Assembly (NCBI GenBank): GCA_051362555.1 | Contig: CM120640.1 | Location: 51,252,788-51,316,787, forward strand | Direction: 5' to 3' | Source of the DNA: Lingula anatina | Taxonomy: Eukaryota > Animalia > Brachiopoda | DNA: 64,000 nt | In this document: positions 1 through 12,976 of the stretch, piece by piece | Layout of the letters: each line of letters opens with the position of its first letter | Numbering within the stretch: the stretch's first letter is position 1 | The notes under the pieces: generated by a model | Told to the model about the DNA's origin: nothing | Database searches by the model: none | The model's input: the letters and a program-made list of their open reading frames with translations, nothing else | Made by a program: the position numbers and the translations under genes

Positions 1-1059
1 CATAAGATTCTTAGAGGTGAAGTGAAAACTCTTAACATATTTGTAATTTTATTTGTAATATTTTAAGTATAATTTCATGATTTTTACCAAATACATCCAA
101 GAAAGATTCATTCTAATGCAGTTCTTGAAAATGTTTAATATCCAATTTGTCTTTCAAACAATAAACATTTTTAGTATTATAAATGTACCATCCAATTTTT
201 GGTTACAAATAAATATTATTATAAACTTGGTGAGCTAACAGGTGTTCTCATTGAAAGATTTTGTCAAATTATATTATATATATCATGCAATCAATTTACA
301 CTTAGTTTACATTCTAGTAATAAATTGAATTTGAAGCTAAAGAAAAATATTTTAAATGGAAAAAAAAAAAAACATAACTAGTAAGTTAACCACATGAAAG
401 TGTCTAGAAAGCACATTTATTGGATAACGAGACAAATATACTCCAGTTTAAAGATGCATATTAAGTCAATTTTTTGCCACAAAAGCCAACCAAATGCCAG
501 CATGTAGTTTCGAGCAGTATAGCTAAGAGAATTACCAAAAGGCATTGTATAATTTTGCCTGAAAATGATGTTTAAACAGATTTTTCTGCTAGCATTCTAT
601 GCTGTAGGTCAATGGGGCAGAAAAGAAGGTCACGAAAGTAGGTTAAATTTTTGACCAAAAATTTAAAGAAAGGAGCAGTCTAAAGCTCTTTTATAGCTGA
701 TCGAGTGATCTATTCTTTATCCCTTTGCATGTAGAATTTATTTGATTCATATAAAAAACTAGTAGAAGTGGATTATATGTGTTAATGGAAATCCACGCTC
801 CAATGATGCTCGGTTCATATGTACCTTTAATTGAGTTATCATCCTTCTTTAGGAAAAAAGCTTGTGCACAATCAGGCAACAAAGAGTAAACTTTATAACA
901 GTCTTTGAAATATGAAAAAAAATTCAAAAGTAATATCAATATTGTCAAATGTTGGCAAATCAAGCCAAATCCTTGAAATGTACACACGAAAATTGGGTAT
1001 AGCAGATTGGAATGGCATGCTTTTGGCATTGACATTTTCAAAATAATTCTTCATTCTGT

Positions 1060-4000
1060 CTATGGTTTGCATCTTTCAATAAACCTTGGATACAAACACA
1101 CTTCGCGGATATGTGGTCTTTTCAGCATCCAGCACAAGTATCTCTCCAAGCCAAGACCATAGCCACCATGAGGACAGGATCCATATTTCCTCTGAAATAC
1201 AATAGTAACAGTTAGAAAGCATGAAAATTGAAAAATTCCAGACTATAACATGTTCATCAAAGTGACAGACTCTCTTGCTTCAGCAGTGTAATGTATCCAT
1301 TTACTACTTCCCCTTACATCACTTTTTAAAAACTATTAATAAGTTATCTTTCCTTGGTAACCACATGTGTAGCTCAAAATGTGACTCTTAATACATGAAC
1401 TTACTTGGTCTGTATACCAATAGTATGGTGTGGGGTCAATGCCTTCTCTCTTGTAGCCTTCAAGCAACTCATCATTGTCCCAGATACGCATAGAGCCTCC
1501 TATGATCTCCCCCACTCCTGGCATCAACAGATCCACCTTAAACAGGATTCAATTATTAAGGCTTAAAACCTTACTTGTACTCTATTGATAGAACAAAGCC
1601 ACTGCATCAAAATGTGCCCATATCAATTAGAAATTATAATAAGAATTAAAGTTAGAAAGCCTGACAAAGTTTTTCACACAGGTACCACAACCTTTTTACT
1701 CTGATGGCAGTGGGTGTCATATAAGTTGTCTGGCAGGATTTTTTCTCAGCTTTCTCAAACAACAAGACGTTTTCTCAAACAACAAAACGCATCAAATTCA
1801 TCCTGACACCCCTGCTTGCATAAGCATATATCTTAATCCCTTAAAAGGAAAATGTGCTTACAGATTCTGTCAATCTTCTATCTTCTGCACATCTCATCAT
1901 GTAGAATGATTTAATTTCCACTGGAAAACGACACAGGAAGATTGGTTCGTTAATCTGGTCAGTCATTTTTCTCTCAGGAGCTTCTGGTATATCCTACAAA
2001 AAGAAAACTGAAATAAATACTAGGAATCTACCTGATAAAAGTCTTCGCCATCACAAAGGGGAAGGGACTTACTCCACATCCATATAAAATGTTATTGAGA
2101 TAGGTACTTAGACACAAAAAGACGGAATAAGTAGTAATCTACATCAGTTTGAGCATAAGTAAAGGAATATCCAGCAAAACAGAGAAGATCTTAAAACAGA
2201 ACAGTAGAGCAAAATACATGCTATAAATTAATATAAACATGGTTTAGTAAGTTGAAATGTTTAATAAATAAATTGATACACAAGTAGGTTAGAGATACTT
2301 CTATACATACCTCTCCAAACTCATAGTAGGTCCCATCATCCTTCTTGATATCATGTTCTTTTAAATATTTGATGGCCTCTGTATAGTCCATACGTCTAAA
2401 TGGTCTTTTAGGGGGTTTAAAGTCCTTGGAAATGAAATGTCATACATGAACCACAAGCCATGGGGTTAAAATGATAAACTAAGCACCTTATGTATAAAGA
2501 GATTGCCAATCAATAAAAAATTAATTCCATTTTTGTAAAATGTTTAATGCACTTAAAATTGCAGTTTTTTTAAAAAAAAGATTAAGTTATCATAAATGAA
2601 AATACAACTTAAAATTGTGGCACAAAATTGCAATATCCTGAATTTCACAACACAATTCCCACTATAAGCAGGCACTCCACTGGGAACTTTTAAAAATGGC
2701 AGAGGGAATCCAAGTCAAAATTCAAATTGATATGAAGTCCACAATTTAAAATGAGAATTTTCATGGATCATATGGCAAGACTATTTCATAATGAACAACA
2801 AAACTTACAGGAACCAAATCATGCAGCAACTGAGCATGTGGGGATTTCAACACCCTGTCTACCACATCGCATACAAGGTCTTCTAGCCTGTCCAGAAGAT
2901 CATCAAATGTAAGGAAAGCACATTCTGCTTCCACATGGGTGTACCTAAAAGACAATGTATATCTCAGTGACTGAAAACTGAGAAAAGATAACAGATGGTC
3001 CTAAAAAGAAAATTAAAATGACTAAAATGATTTTTTTGTCTAGCAAACACTTAAAAAAGTGAAATCAGAAGTGGGTGCCTACTCTGCAAGATGTCTCCTC
3101 GTACGTGACAGCTCAGCCCTGTAAGATTGTGCTATGCAGAAAACATCTCCCATGGAAGGAAGACAGGTTTCCAAGTACAACTGGGATGATTGTGTCAGGA
3201 AAGCCTGCAAATATATTGTATGTTATATGCTACTGAAATCCACAGTGCACAGTTAACATAAATCTATGTTCACATCTGTAAAAATGCCATCTAACTTTCA
3301 AAATTTCTTTGCTTTCTTTGGTTCGAACTTATGTTTTTCTACATTCTTTCATGATACATCCAACAATTACAAATGAGGAAAAAAATGACAATACCTCTTC
3401 TCCAAAGTAATCAAACTTGAAAAGTGTAGAACCTCCTTCTACTTGAGTTTGAACCAGTGTTGGTGGCGTGACCTGTGACATTTATAACAACATTTTGAGT
3501 CAAAGGAGGGATAATATTAACAATAGTTCCCAGACTTTTTAATCGTCAGACTAAAACTATTACTAGATGTGATCAATACCCACCCATCTCAACACTATTT
3601 TATCCAAAGGAAATGGAAAAAAATGAAAAAGATTTTAGCAATAGGTAATCACATCCATAAAGACCCTGATGCATAACTACATTTTAAAGTCCTTAAGTAA
3701 AGTATCGCAGAAACTGAATGAAGACTGTAGGAGGTGGAGAGAAAACTTGCATGATGGTTAAGTGCCAAGTAGTTCAATTTTCATAAAATGAAAAGAAAAA
3801 TGCATCATGAAGCAAAACTGTAAGAATTTCATAAGTGCAATGTTGTGGTTGAACCTCACTGAGAACTTGAAGATGAGGCTGCTGTAATATTACCTAACAT
3901 TTTGTCAAGGAATAAATGAATAACAGCCATATTTTGGTTCCCCTGCTTTTAGTAAACTTACCTCATAATAACCTCGACTAAAGAAATGTTCCCTAAAGCA

Positions 4001-7000
4001 CTGCATAACCACAGAGCGCATTTTCAAAATTTTTGATGTCTGAAAAATATGCCAAATAGCTGATTATCTAACTCAGTCATAAGTCTCAGGTCATATAAGA
4101 ACACTTTAAGTGAAGCATTAAGTTAATGAGACTTTGACTTATTATATCACAGTGCTGTAATATAAAACTATTCACAAAAAGAGCTTCTGACAAAAAAAAA
4201 ATTGGTATCATTTCTATAACTTACATTTTCACCTCTGATCATCATGTGCCTGTTGTCCAGTTGTACATCCACACTAGATTCCTACAGAGAATAATAAAAA
4301 TATGAGAGCTGGTCATCATTTCTACACCATCTGCACATCGAATTTGAACTAAATTTTTTAAAAATTCAAATTACACATTGGATTTGACATCAGCTATGAT
4401 GCGAGAGGTATAGATTCAGTTTTGAGGCTGAGTCAAAAAAGATTATATTCAATTTAACACTAACCACTGCCTGGTTACTAATTAAGCACTCCATTGGTCA
4501 AAACAGCGGGAGGTAGGGTTAGTGTACTTGATAATGAAGGCATTACTAACTGACAAAGCTGACAATGTTTAATCATGACACTCTTCATGTTTGGCACCTT
4601 GGGATGAAGGTTGCTATGACAAGAATAAATATTCTTAAATATAAAAAACCTCATTCAGCAGGTTATCTGCTCCACCAGGGGGTGCTGCACTGACAAGCTC
4701 CCAGTAGTCCACATGTAGCTCATGTCCATCTGGTGCCTAAATAACAAACACAGAGAAACGGAGCATACACCAACTGTCCATCAGTTCCTATTAATGTGCA
4801 CCAAAATCATTAGATCGGTTTCTTTTTAATTTAAAATTTACTGAATTTACAATCATAATTGATTTTAATATAAACATTGAATGGATATATCAAAGATTAA
4901 ATCAAATGACTTTATTCCTATTACTAATTAACTTGTGACCCACCATTTTGCCTTCTGGCACTTCCTTAATGACGCCATACAGATGAACAGTGGATTCAGT
5001 GGATAAAGTAAGGGCATCATATGTTTGACACTGAAAGGAAAATTTAAAGATATAAGAGAGCATAAACATCGAAATTCTCAAAATTTTCTCAGATTTATGG
5101 CACCTCTTAGACAAAAATAAGAAAATTAGACTGAATTTTCTTGAAGATCATAATTTAATATACTTACCAGTTTATCTGTCAACACACTTTGCAAAAGGCC
5201 AGTACCATCTCTTAAAATGATGAACATCAAAGTTTTACCTGAAATACATATCAATAAAAAATCACAAACAACTTGATGATTAAAAATATCTTTGTGGAAG
5301 GAGGATATACAACTGATGTGAATAGGAAACATGCTCATACTAACTTGAAATTAACTTTTGATGAAGCTGTATACTGTTTTTTCTCTCATCAAAACAAGAC
5401 CTATCAATTATTTTCCCATGGTCCTCGATACAATTCTGTTACTAACTAGTACAAGGCCCAAATAAAACTTTCATAACTTAAACATGTAAGTAATACCTCT
5501 TTCATTTGATTTGAAAATGGCATGTATAATTTAGTTTACCTTGCCTCCTCAATCTATGGACCCAGCCACTTATTTTCACTCTTTGGTCTCGATGAGTAAC
5601 TGCATCACGGATTTTAATCTAAAAGTGAAAGTATCAAAAAATATGTTAAATTAAATTAAATTAAATTTTTGGTATTCTAACTCTAAAAATTTCACCTGAA
5701 CATCCTTTACAAAGAAAGAGCATCATAGGTCAAAGCATTATTAAATTCAAGTATACTACATAAAATTTATATAAATTTACTTTATAAAAAACACCAAATG
5801 CTCAATGCTTACCAGTTTTGCAACTGGCAAAGTTTTGTCTTCTTCTATGGTAACCTGACGTGCTTCCTCCAAATTCTTCTCTCTTCTTTCAGCATCTTCT
5901 GCCTAAATGGACAAAGCATATTCTAAAAGCACAGGAAAATCCCAACACTCATTCTCACAAGACGTAATCAATACTGCTGTGCAGAATTTCTACAGAATAT
6001 TAGTTTTTCAGAAGATCTCTTACTATATTTACTCATAGATTTTGTATGTTTCATCTCTGTTCAAAGTACTGGTTTATAAAAATGAGGTATGCCATAAGTT
6101 CTTCGTATCTTCCTTTTTCCTACTTATATGAAGACTACGGGAAAATTTTGATTTTGACCTCTCTCTCTAATCTATCAGCTGCCTTAAATTGTTCCCTTTG
6201 CCAGATTTTCTGCTGTTTCTTCAACTGAGCCTTGGCTGCAACTTCCCAAACCTAAGGGAGATAATAATAATAATAATAATTTGCAACTAAAAGTTGGACT
6301 GTACACAAGCAATAAGAGTCTACGAGTATGATAGAAGTTATTAAAACAAATTATGAAATTGTTCACTAAAACATAAAAGAATCCATTAGAATGGTTCATT
6401 ACAATTTAGTTTAGATCTAAAAATGAGCTGGTCTATGCAGATCTAGCAGTCTGAATTTTGCCTTAGGGCATAGAAGTGTTCCTGCACTTTTGGCAATAAG
6501 TGGTTCAGAGTACCTCCTTTTGTACCCATGCTATGAATATTTTACAACATAACAGATGGATAAGAGTAATTTCTGCATAAAATATCTTGAACTAATATTT
6601 TTAATTGACCTGACACAACTTCTTCATAACCTTTTATTTTATGGAATTATACCCCATTTCATCACTGCTAATGAAGTTACAATATAATACCTGTCCTTCT
6701 TCTTTGGAATCAACATAAATAGTTGGAAATGGCTCCTTTCCTGCATGACGCATAGCCTGCAATAACAGTTGCAAATTAAAATGCAAAAATTTGTGTTATA
6801 ATTATATTGGAATTTATAAAGGCAGGGATTACTCTGGGCTGCAAAATCACAAAAATGTTTAAACAGCAATCTCGCATGATACTTTGACAAATGGCGTAAT
6901 AAATTTCATGGAAATGAAAGATCTCGCATCTTTTTTAATGAAATGGAAACCCGTATCACAGACAACAGCTTGATATTTACCAGACTCGGCACGGAATGAT

Positions 7001-9890
7001 CCCGAATTCACCAGTAGATCGGACCACACTACCCGTTTTCAAGGTGTGAGTCAGTACGCATTATATAGTATCATACCCTGAACAAATTTTGAGTGGTGAT
7101 GCAATGCTTTTCAACCCCGCTGAGAATTGTCACTATCACATCGCGTACTAGGCAAGATCGGTGTCGCGTCTGATACTGTGAAATGCGTACTGATACACAC
7201 CTTGAAAACGGGTAGTGTGGTCCGATCTACCGGTGAATTCAGGATCATTCGGTGCCGAGTCTGGTAGTTGGGTAGGCCTGAGGATATTGGCTTAAAAATC
7301 AGTCTCAGACTCAAGACTTATCAGTACTTTAATGATTGGAGGCTAAAGATGAACAAGACCGAGACAGTCAGCAGCCTATTCCATCTGGCCAATAAACTTA
7401 GTAAATAGGAACTTGAAGTGAGATGTGGAGACACCGTCATACCTTTTGAAAGGTTCCGAAGAACCTTGGCATCACATTGGATCGGAGCCTCAACTACAAG
7501 GCTCACATCAACAAGGTCGCTGCAAAGGTTGGAGCGAGAAACACCCTCTTGAAGAGGCTGGCAGGAACTACCTGGGGGCAAACTTTTCCACCCTGAGAAC
7601 TACCTCCCTTGCCCTGGCTTACTCTACTGCAGAATATTGCGCCCCTGTGTGGTGCAGGAGTAGCCATACAAAGACAACTAATACAGCCCTAAACAACAGC
7701 ATGAGGCTTATCACAGCATGTCTGAGATCAACACCAAAACCATAGTTCCCGGTGCTAAGCAGCATACTTCCCCCAGATATAAGACGGGATCAACGCTGTC
7801 TCCAACTGGTCAACAGAGCACATGAGCCAGGACATCTATTGTTCCAGCGACTCCGGCAAGATGAAGAATATACCAGGCTTTCCTCAAGGGCTCCACTGAT
7901 ACCATACTTGCAAATGTTAGAGGAGAACAAAAATGAAATGTCAACAGAGACATGGGGAATGTTAAATGGCAGGAGGAATGGGATGTCCTTCAAAATGGCA
8001 GACTGTATGACTTCATTCCTGAAGTGAGCACCCGACCACCTGGACATGAGCTGGATCGCCTATCATGGACTCGACTGAACCGCATCAGAACAGGTCATGG
8101 CCGTTTCTGTGCTAACATGTTTGAATGGGGGCTCTGTCAATCTCCAGCATGCGAGTGTGGTGCCCCCCCTACAAACAGTCAACCACATCGTAGAGACATG
8201 TCAGCTGCATCAGTGCCCAGGGTGGACTCACTTAAGTCCTTAGACGAAAGAGCTAAAGACTGGTTGAAAATGCGAATATAACCCTTTGACTTTTGATTCT
8301 TGAATATACATTACCTGGATGAAAACGGACATACGCATATATACATAGACTTAGACTTGTATGAGTTTTCCTGGGATGAAAGAATTTTTTCTCATCTTTC
8401 TGATATGTGACAAAGCTCTTAATTACTATATTTTTGTTAGTGCTTTCATTAAAAAAAAAAAAAAAAAAACAGTAAATTTCAAATAACCGAGTTCAAACTT
8501 AGTCACAGAATATACTTTGAAAGATTATTACGAGGAAAATTTTTTTAATACATTAAGTATTAAAACTACATTTTAAAATGTTGCAAATAGTTGAACAGAC
8601 TTTTTACTGATCAGATAAAATCTTACAAGGCTGTGTTGTGTTTTCAATTGATTTCAAACTTGCAACAAAACCTGTTACTGTTGGTGACATAGCATATGAT
8701 GAAGAAAATTAAAAAAAAAAAAAAAATGAAGTCCCTCGATAAATCTCATTGCACGAAGAAATAATTCCAGACAAATGGAATTTTCTTTCATCATACTCAA
8801 TTTCCAGAGTAATCCCTGTAAAGGTAGAAAGTTCTTTATTTATTTCTAATTTTCTGTATAATAAATCAAAGAACTCTATCATTTTTTACCTTGACTAGAC
8901 ATGGCTGTTGTCATGTACATCCTGATAAATTCAAGATGACCTTGATAACATAAAGCTGATGCAAGACTTCAAAGTTCAATGGTCCTATACAACTGAGGCT
9001 ATTAAATGCCTTCTATGTGTTATCACACAAAATTAATTCATAATCTTTCTACTTCCGTAATAAATCTCACCTGCAAAATAGTTTTATAAGGTTTGTTCTC
9101 TGACCCATCTCCTGTTTCATCTACTCCCGTCTTTTCAGATGTATATATTGCATCTAAAACAATAATGTTTAGTCATCTTAGAGACCATTCCCACAGATAT
9201 TTAGATCAATCTATCCCCCTGGGGAGTCTCACTACATTGGTGTCAGCTTGAATGTCTGACCTGCCTACTAAAAGTTGTAAGGGGGTAATTAATTTCCGTG
9301 TGCTTTCGGCCCCCCGGAAGCTGACAGCAATTTAGCGTGAACCCCCAGGGATTTAGGTCAATCCAAATCTAAATCTCTTGGAAGCCAGTCTTAAATTTCA
9401 AAGTTAATGAATGCAACGTCTAAGGAATTTTTCTTTTCATCCATAGATTGAATACTAGTAAGCAAATACTTGCTATATGTCTTACATAAACAAAATGACT
9501 TTTCATCTGTGCTGAGTTTAACTATTAATGACTTAATCACACCCCCCCCCCCACACACACACACGCATATACAGTGTAGCCATAAATTTTAAATAGTAAG
9601 CTGTTAAATTAAATGTTATTGTTAACTTGTTATCAACTTGGCATTTGGCACTAGAAGGGAATAACAAACCCACCCGCCAACTATGTATACATTTACAGAC
9701 GGGCATGTATTCCAAATGGCAGTGCACTTGAGTTTCTAAATTCCTGGTCCTTGGGCTTGACTTGTGATCGTAATCATTCAAAAATGAAACAGGGCGTCAA
9801 GATGTTTTTCCACGTGTCGGCATAACGTAACTCTATGCATCATTACTTACCCATACTCATGTTTTTTATTCCGTCTCTAACATCAGCCAT
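1060..9890 (-). CDS. NARS1: Cytoplasmic asparaginyl-tRNA synthetase, about 18 coding exons
   Basis: Exons joined at GT-AG sites. 9851-9890 [13 protein letters not shown]; 9071-9153 [27 protein letters not shown]; 6691-6756 [22 protein letters not shown]; 6159-6251; 5813-5902; 5540-5618 [10 protein letters not shown] (OB-fold); motif-2 region [14 protein letters not shown] near 3085-3125; 1404-1535 [16 protein letters not shown]; last exon 1060-1191 [11 protein letters not shown]...[10 protein letters not shown]. Confidence 0.97.
6980..7264. mobile_element. MITE with ~80-bp terminal inverted repeats, flanked by TA (Tc1/mariner-type target duplication)
   Basis: CCAGACTCGGCAC...GTACGCATT (6980-7062) is the near-perfect reverse complement of AATGCGTAC...GTGCCGAGTCTGG (7182-7264). 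TA lies on both sides. Confidence 0.85.
7300..8345 (+). mobile_element. 5'-truncated, decayed non-LTR retrotransposon (Ingi/Vingi-like RT C-terminus plus CCHC region), antisense in NARS1 intron 2
   Basis: Frameshifted ORF pieces: [21 protein letters not shown]; [36 protein letters not shown]; LPPDIRR; [28 protein letters not shown]. Internal stop at 7743-7745. The clade assignment is from recalled motifs. Confidence 0.85.
8362..8994 (+). repeat. Copy 1 of a ~640-bp local duplicated segment (copy 2 at 11857-12510)
   Basis: Near-identical sequence from TCCTGGGATGAA to GGTCCTATACAACT at both places, in the same orientation. Confidence 0.95.
9180..9385. mobile_element. Short MITE family, copy 1 of 3 (possibly PIF/Harbinger-like)
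   Basis: CCATTCCCACAGATATTTAGATCAATCTATC..GGGGAGTCTCACTA..TTTAGCGTGAACCCCCAGGGA recurs at ~29180-29405 and, inverted, at ~56735-56890. Confidence 0.7.
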
Positions 9891-10494
9891 AAAGCTTATC
9901 TGGACGTCTGCTAACCTTTCAGCATAAATTGTGCGTTACGCTTCTTTTATACTTGTAGACTATCTTCTTATCAGAGCCGGCTTTGCAGGCCCTTGCATCA
10001 GCAGTCAATAGTTCCGTCTGCTTGTTGGCAGATGTCGTCATTCGTTTGGAGTTATCTAAATGTGTTATGGCGTTTTAATGACAAATACCTTTGATTCATA
10101 TCGAATATTTAGTAGCAGGTTAAATAATCATATAAGATTGCAAACATAAATCATAGCGATACACAATTTTCTATTTCTTTAGTACCCACTTATGGTGATA
10201 GAAAAAACAAGAAGTGATGAATTTTTATTAATTTTTCATGAGAACCCCGGACGTGTAAGTTTGTTTGTTTTTTTAAATGCTGTGCATCAATACAACTGTT
10301 GATACAAATAAACATAGTCAAACCATGGTAATGGATGCCATGTATCAAAATAGTTATACTAATAAGAACTATTTCTTTTGTATCCTTGCACACCTGAAAT
10401 TAGGCCAGTATGGCGCTGACCATGTTTGAGGGGGACTTCGCTGTCTGAAAGTTTGCATGATAAACCCCGACAAAGCCCGCTTGATAATCATATT
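9891..10494. promoter_or_regulatory. Probable bidirectional promoter and 5' UTRs of NARS1 and INTS3
   Basis: Divergent start codons are 604 bp apart, and CpG is locally more frequent than in the flanking introns. Confidence 0.65.
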
Positions 10495-12899
10495 ATGGCC
10501 CAGAATAAGAAAGAACCATCTAGACTTTTGACTCAGACGGTCATAGATGCCAGAGATGAGCTTGATGAGGTAAAAAGCAGCATTTATTTTAGTTGTAAAA
10601 TCTGGGTCACCTTTGTTTACAGGCATGATCAGTTGATAAAGCAGAAGACGATTCAGAGAATTACATTAATATGACCAATTTTGTATGGTTATCATTTCAA
10701 GTAAAATAGTTTGTGTACAAAACATTGCATTGCAAATTTTAAAAAGATTTTAATGAATTTGATGTTAAGTTATTGCAAGTTGTACTTGATCTGTTGCCGC
10801 ATTGCTGCTATCCGTTTTTACCATCTGTCCATCCTCTCTACTAATATCTATTTTTTTTTCATTTGCTAAACACGAATCATTTGTTTTGCTTTACAGTTGC
10901 CCTTTGAAGAATGAACATGTCAGATCTCATCATTTCTTATTACTTGAAATAATTTCAATATTTTGTAGTTCTATGGAAAATGTTTTTCTTTTATCACATG
11001 ACTGCCTTTAATATAATGCCAAAAATTTAACAGTATTTGTCACATATCATCTTTTCTATTAAAGCAAGAGACTTGATATTTGGTTACCAATAGCCAAATA
11101 TTAAAGTATGAATAAACCATTTGCATCTTTCAAAAAGATATTGATGTTTTAAAGGCACCACATTTGCCTTTTTTTAAAGATATCTCTCTCAAAAAAGTCA
11201 AAAGTTGCCCTACTTGATTTTTAACACCCAAATATTGTCATATAATTTAACAAACACTTGGAATTTGTTGTACAATAAATATAAGAGCTGTCCATGAACA
11301 CATAGTCATTTTGCTCTAAATTATACACTTCAGAACTTGACAATGCACAAGTGGGAATGACCAAAAAAAAAAAAAAAAAAAAGGAGGGGGGATATTCTCT
11401 TAATCCCCCCCCCATAAAAACCCCGTAATCTTTGTTCTTATACTCTTTTGCTCTTTGATGACTTGTAGAAATCTGATACTCATGAGATACTTTTTCTTAT
11501 GAAAATGAAAGCCATTAGAATATAACTTAAAGTGGTCTGAAATTGCTACAGATAGAAAATATATTTTAAAAAATTTGTTTATATGTAAACTGTATCTGAG
11601 TTGAAGTTATTTCATTTTTTTTTTTCGCTTTTGGATGTATACCATATGTGAGTGTATATGTTTATTTTATTCTATTTACAGAGATTAGAAAAGTGTTACA
11701 GTATAGTAACTTCAATCATCACAGGACTTTCTGAAAGACAGATTAATGATGCACTCAATGCTTATGTAAGTACAGTCACAAAGTAAAAGTAGGTACAGAA
11801 AGAAAATGTGAAATAATAAGTTGCATTAAGGCAATTCTATTTTTAAAAATTGAGTTTCCTGGGATGAAGGAATTTTTTCTCATCTTTCTGATATGTGATA
11901 AAGCTCTTAATTACTATATTTTTGTTAGTACTTTCCTTAAAAAAAATAAATAAAATAAATAAAAATAAATAAATAAATAAATAAATAAAACAGTAAATTT
12001 CAAATAACTGAGTTCAAACTTAGTCACTGAATATACTTTGAAAGATTATTACGAGGAAAATTTTTTTAATACATTAAGTATTAAAACTACATTTTAAAAT
12101 GTTGCAAATAGTTGAACAGACTTTTTACTGATCAGATAAAATCTTACAAGGCTGTGTTGTGTTTTCGATTTATTTCAAACTTGCAACAAAACCTGTTACT
12201 GTTGGTGACATAGCATATGATGAAGAAAAAAAAAAAAAAAATGAAGTCCCTCGATAAATCTCATTGCACAGAGAAATAATTCCAGACGAATGGAATTTTC
12301 TTTCATCATACTCAATTTCCGGAGTAATCCCTGTAAAGGTAGAAAGTTCTTTATTTATTTCTAGTTTTCTGTATAATAAATCAAAGAACTCTATCATTTT
12401 TTGCCTTGACTAGACATGGCTGTTGTCATGTACATCCTGATAAATTCAAGACGACCTTGATAACATAAAGCTGATGCAAGACTTCAAAGTTCAATGGTCC
12501 TATACAACTATACAGAAAGAAAATGTGAAATAATAAGTTGCATTAAGGCAATTCTATTTTTAAAAATTGAGTTGAAAGTTATTGAAATACATGTTTTTGT
12601 ATATAAACAAAATATGAGCTCAAAATTTATATGATGTAGCTAATTTATATTGAAGACGAATATCATTATAAACTTGCAGTATCCAATAATCAAAATTTAT
12701 ATACCAGCACATGATGGCTGTGTATTGATATTTCAGGTGTGTAAAGGTAGCCAGCAACATGAAGAAGTACAGCTTGGGCTACTCTATATGATATTGGTTG
12801 ATCAAAAACAAGCAGCAAGAGTGAATATGAATTTTTTTATATAAAAAAAATTAAGGTTACACTATCTTGGATTAAACATGGATTAGGGAATATGCATTA

Positions 12900-12976
<77 letters not shown>

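Noticed and set aside
1708-1814. Possible hAT-like MITE remnant (CAGTGGGTGTCA / TGACACCCCTG)
   Set aside because: Short imperfect TIR, a single copy and no clear target duplication.
4389-4577. C/D snoRNA with antisense to 18S rRNA (CTACCTCCC)
   Set aside because: The C box is degenerate, there is no terminal stem, and the guide is not followed by a proper D/D' box. Kept only as an unassigned structured region.
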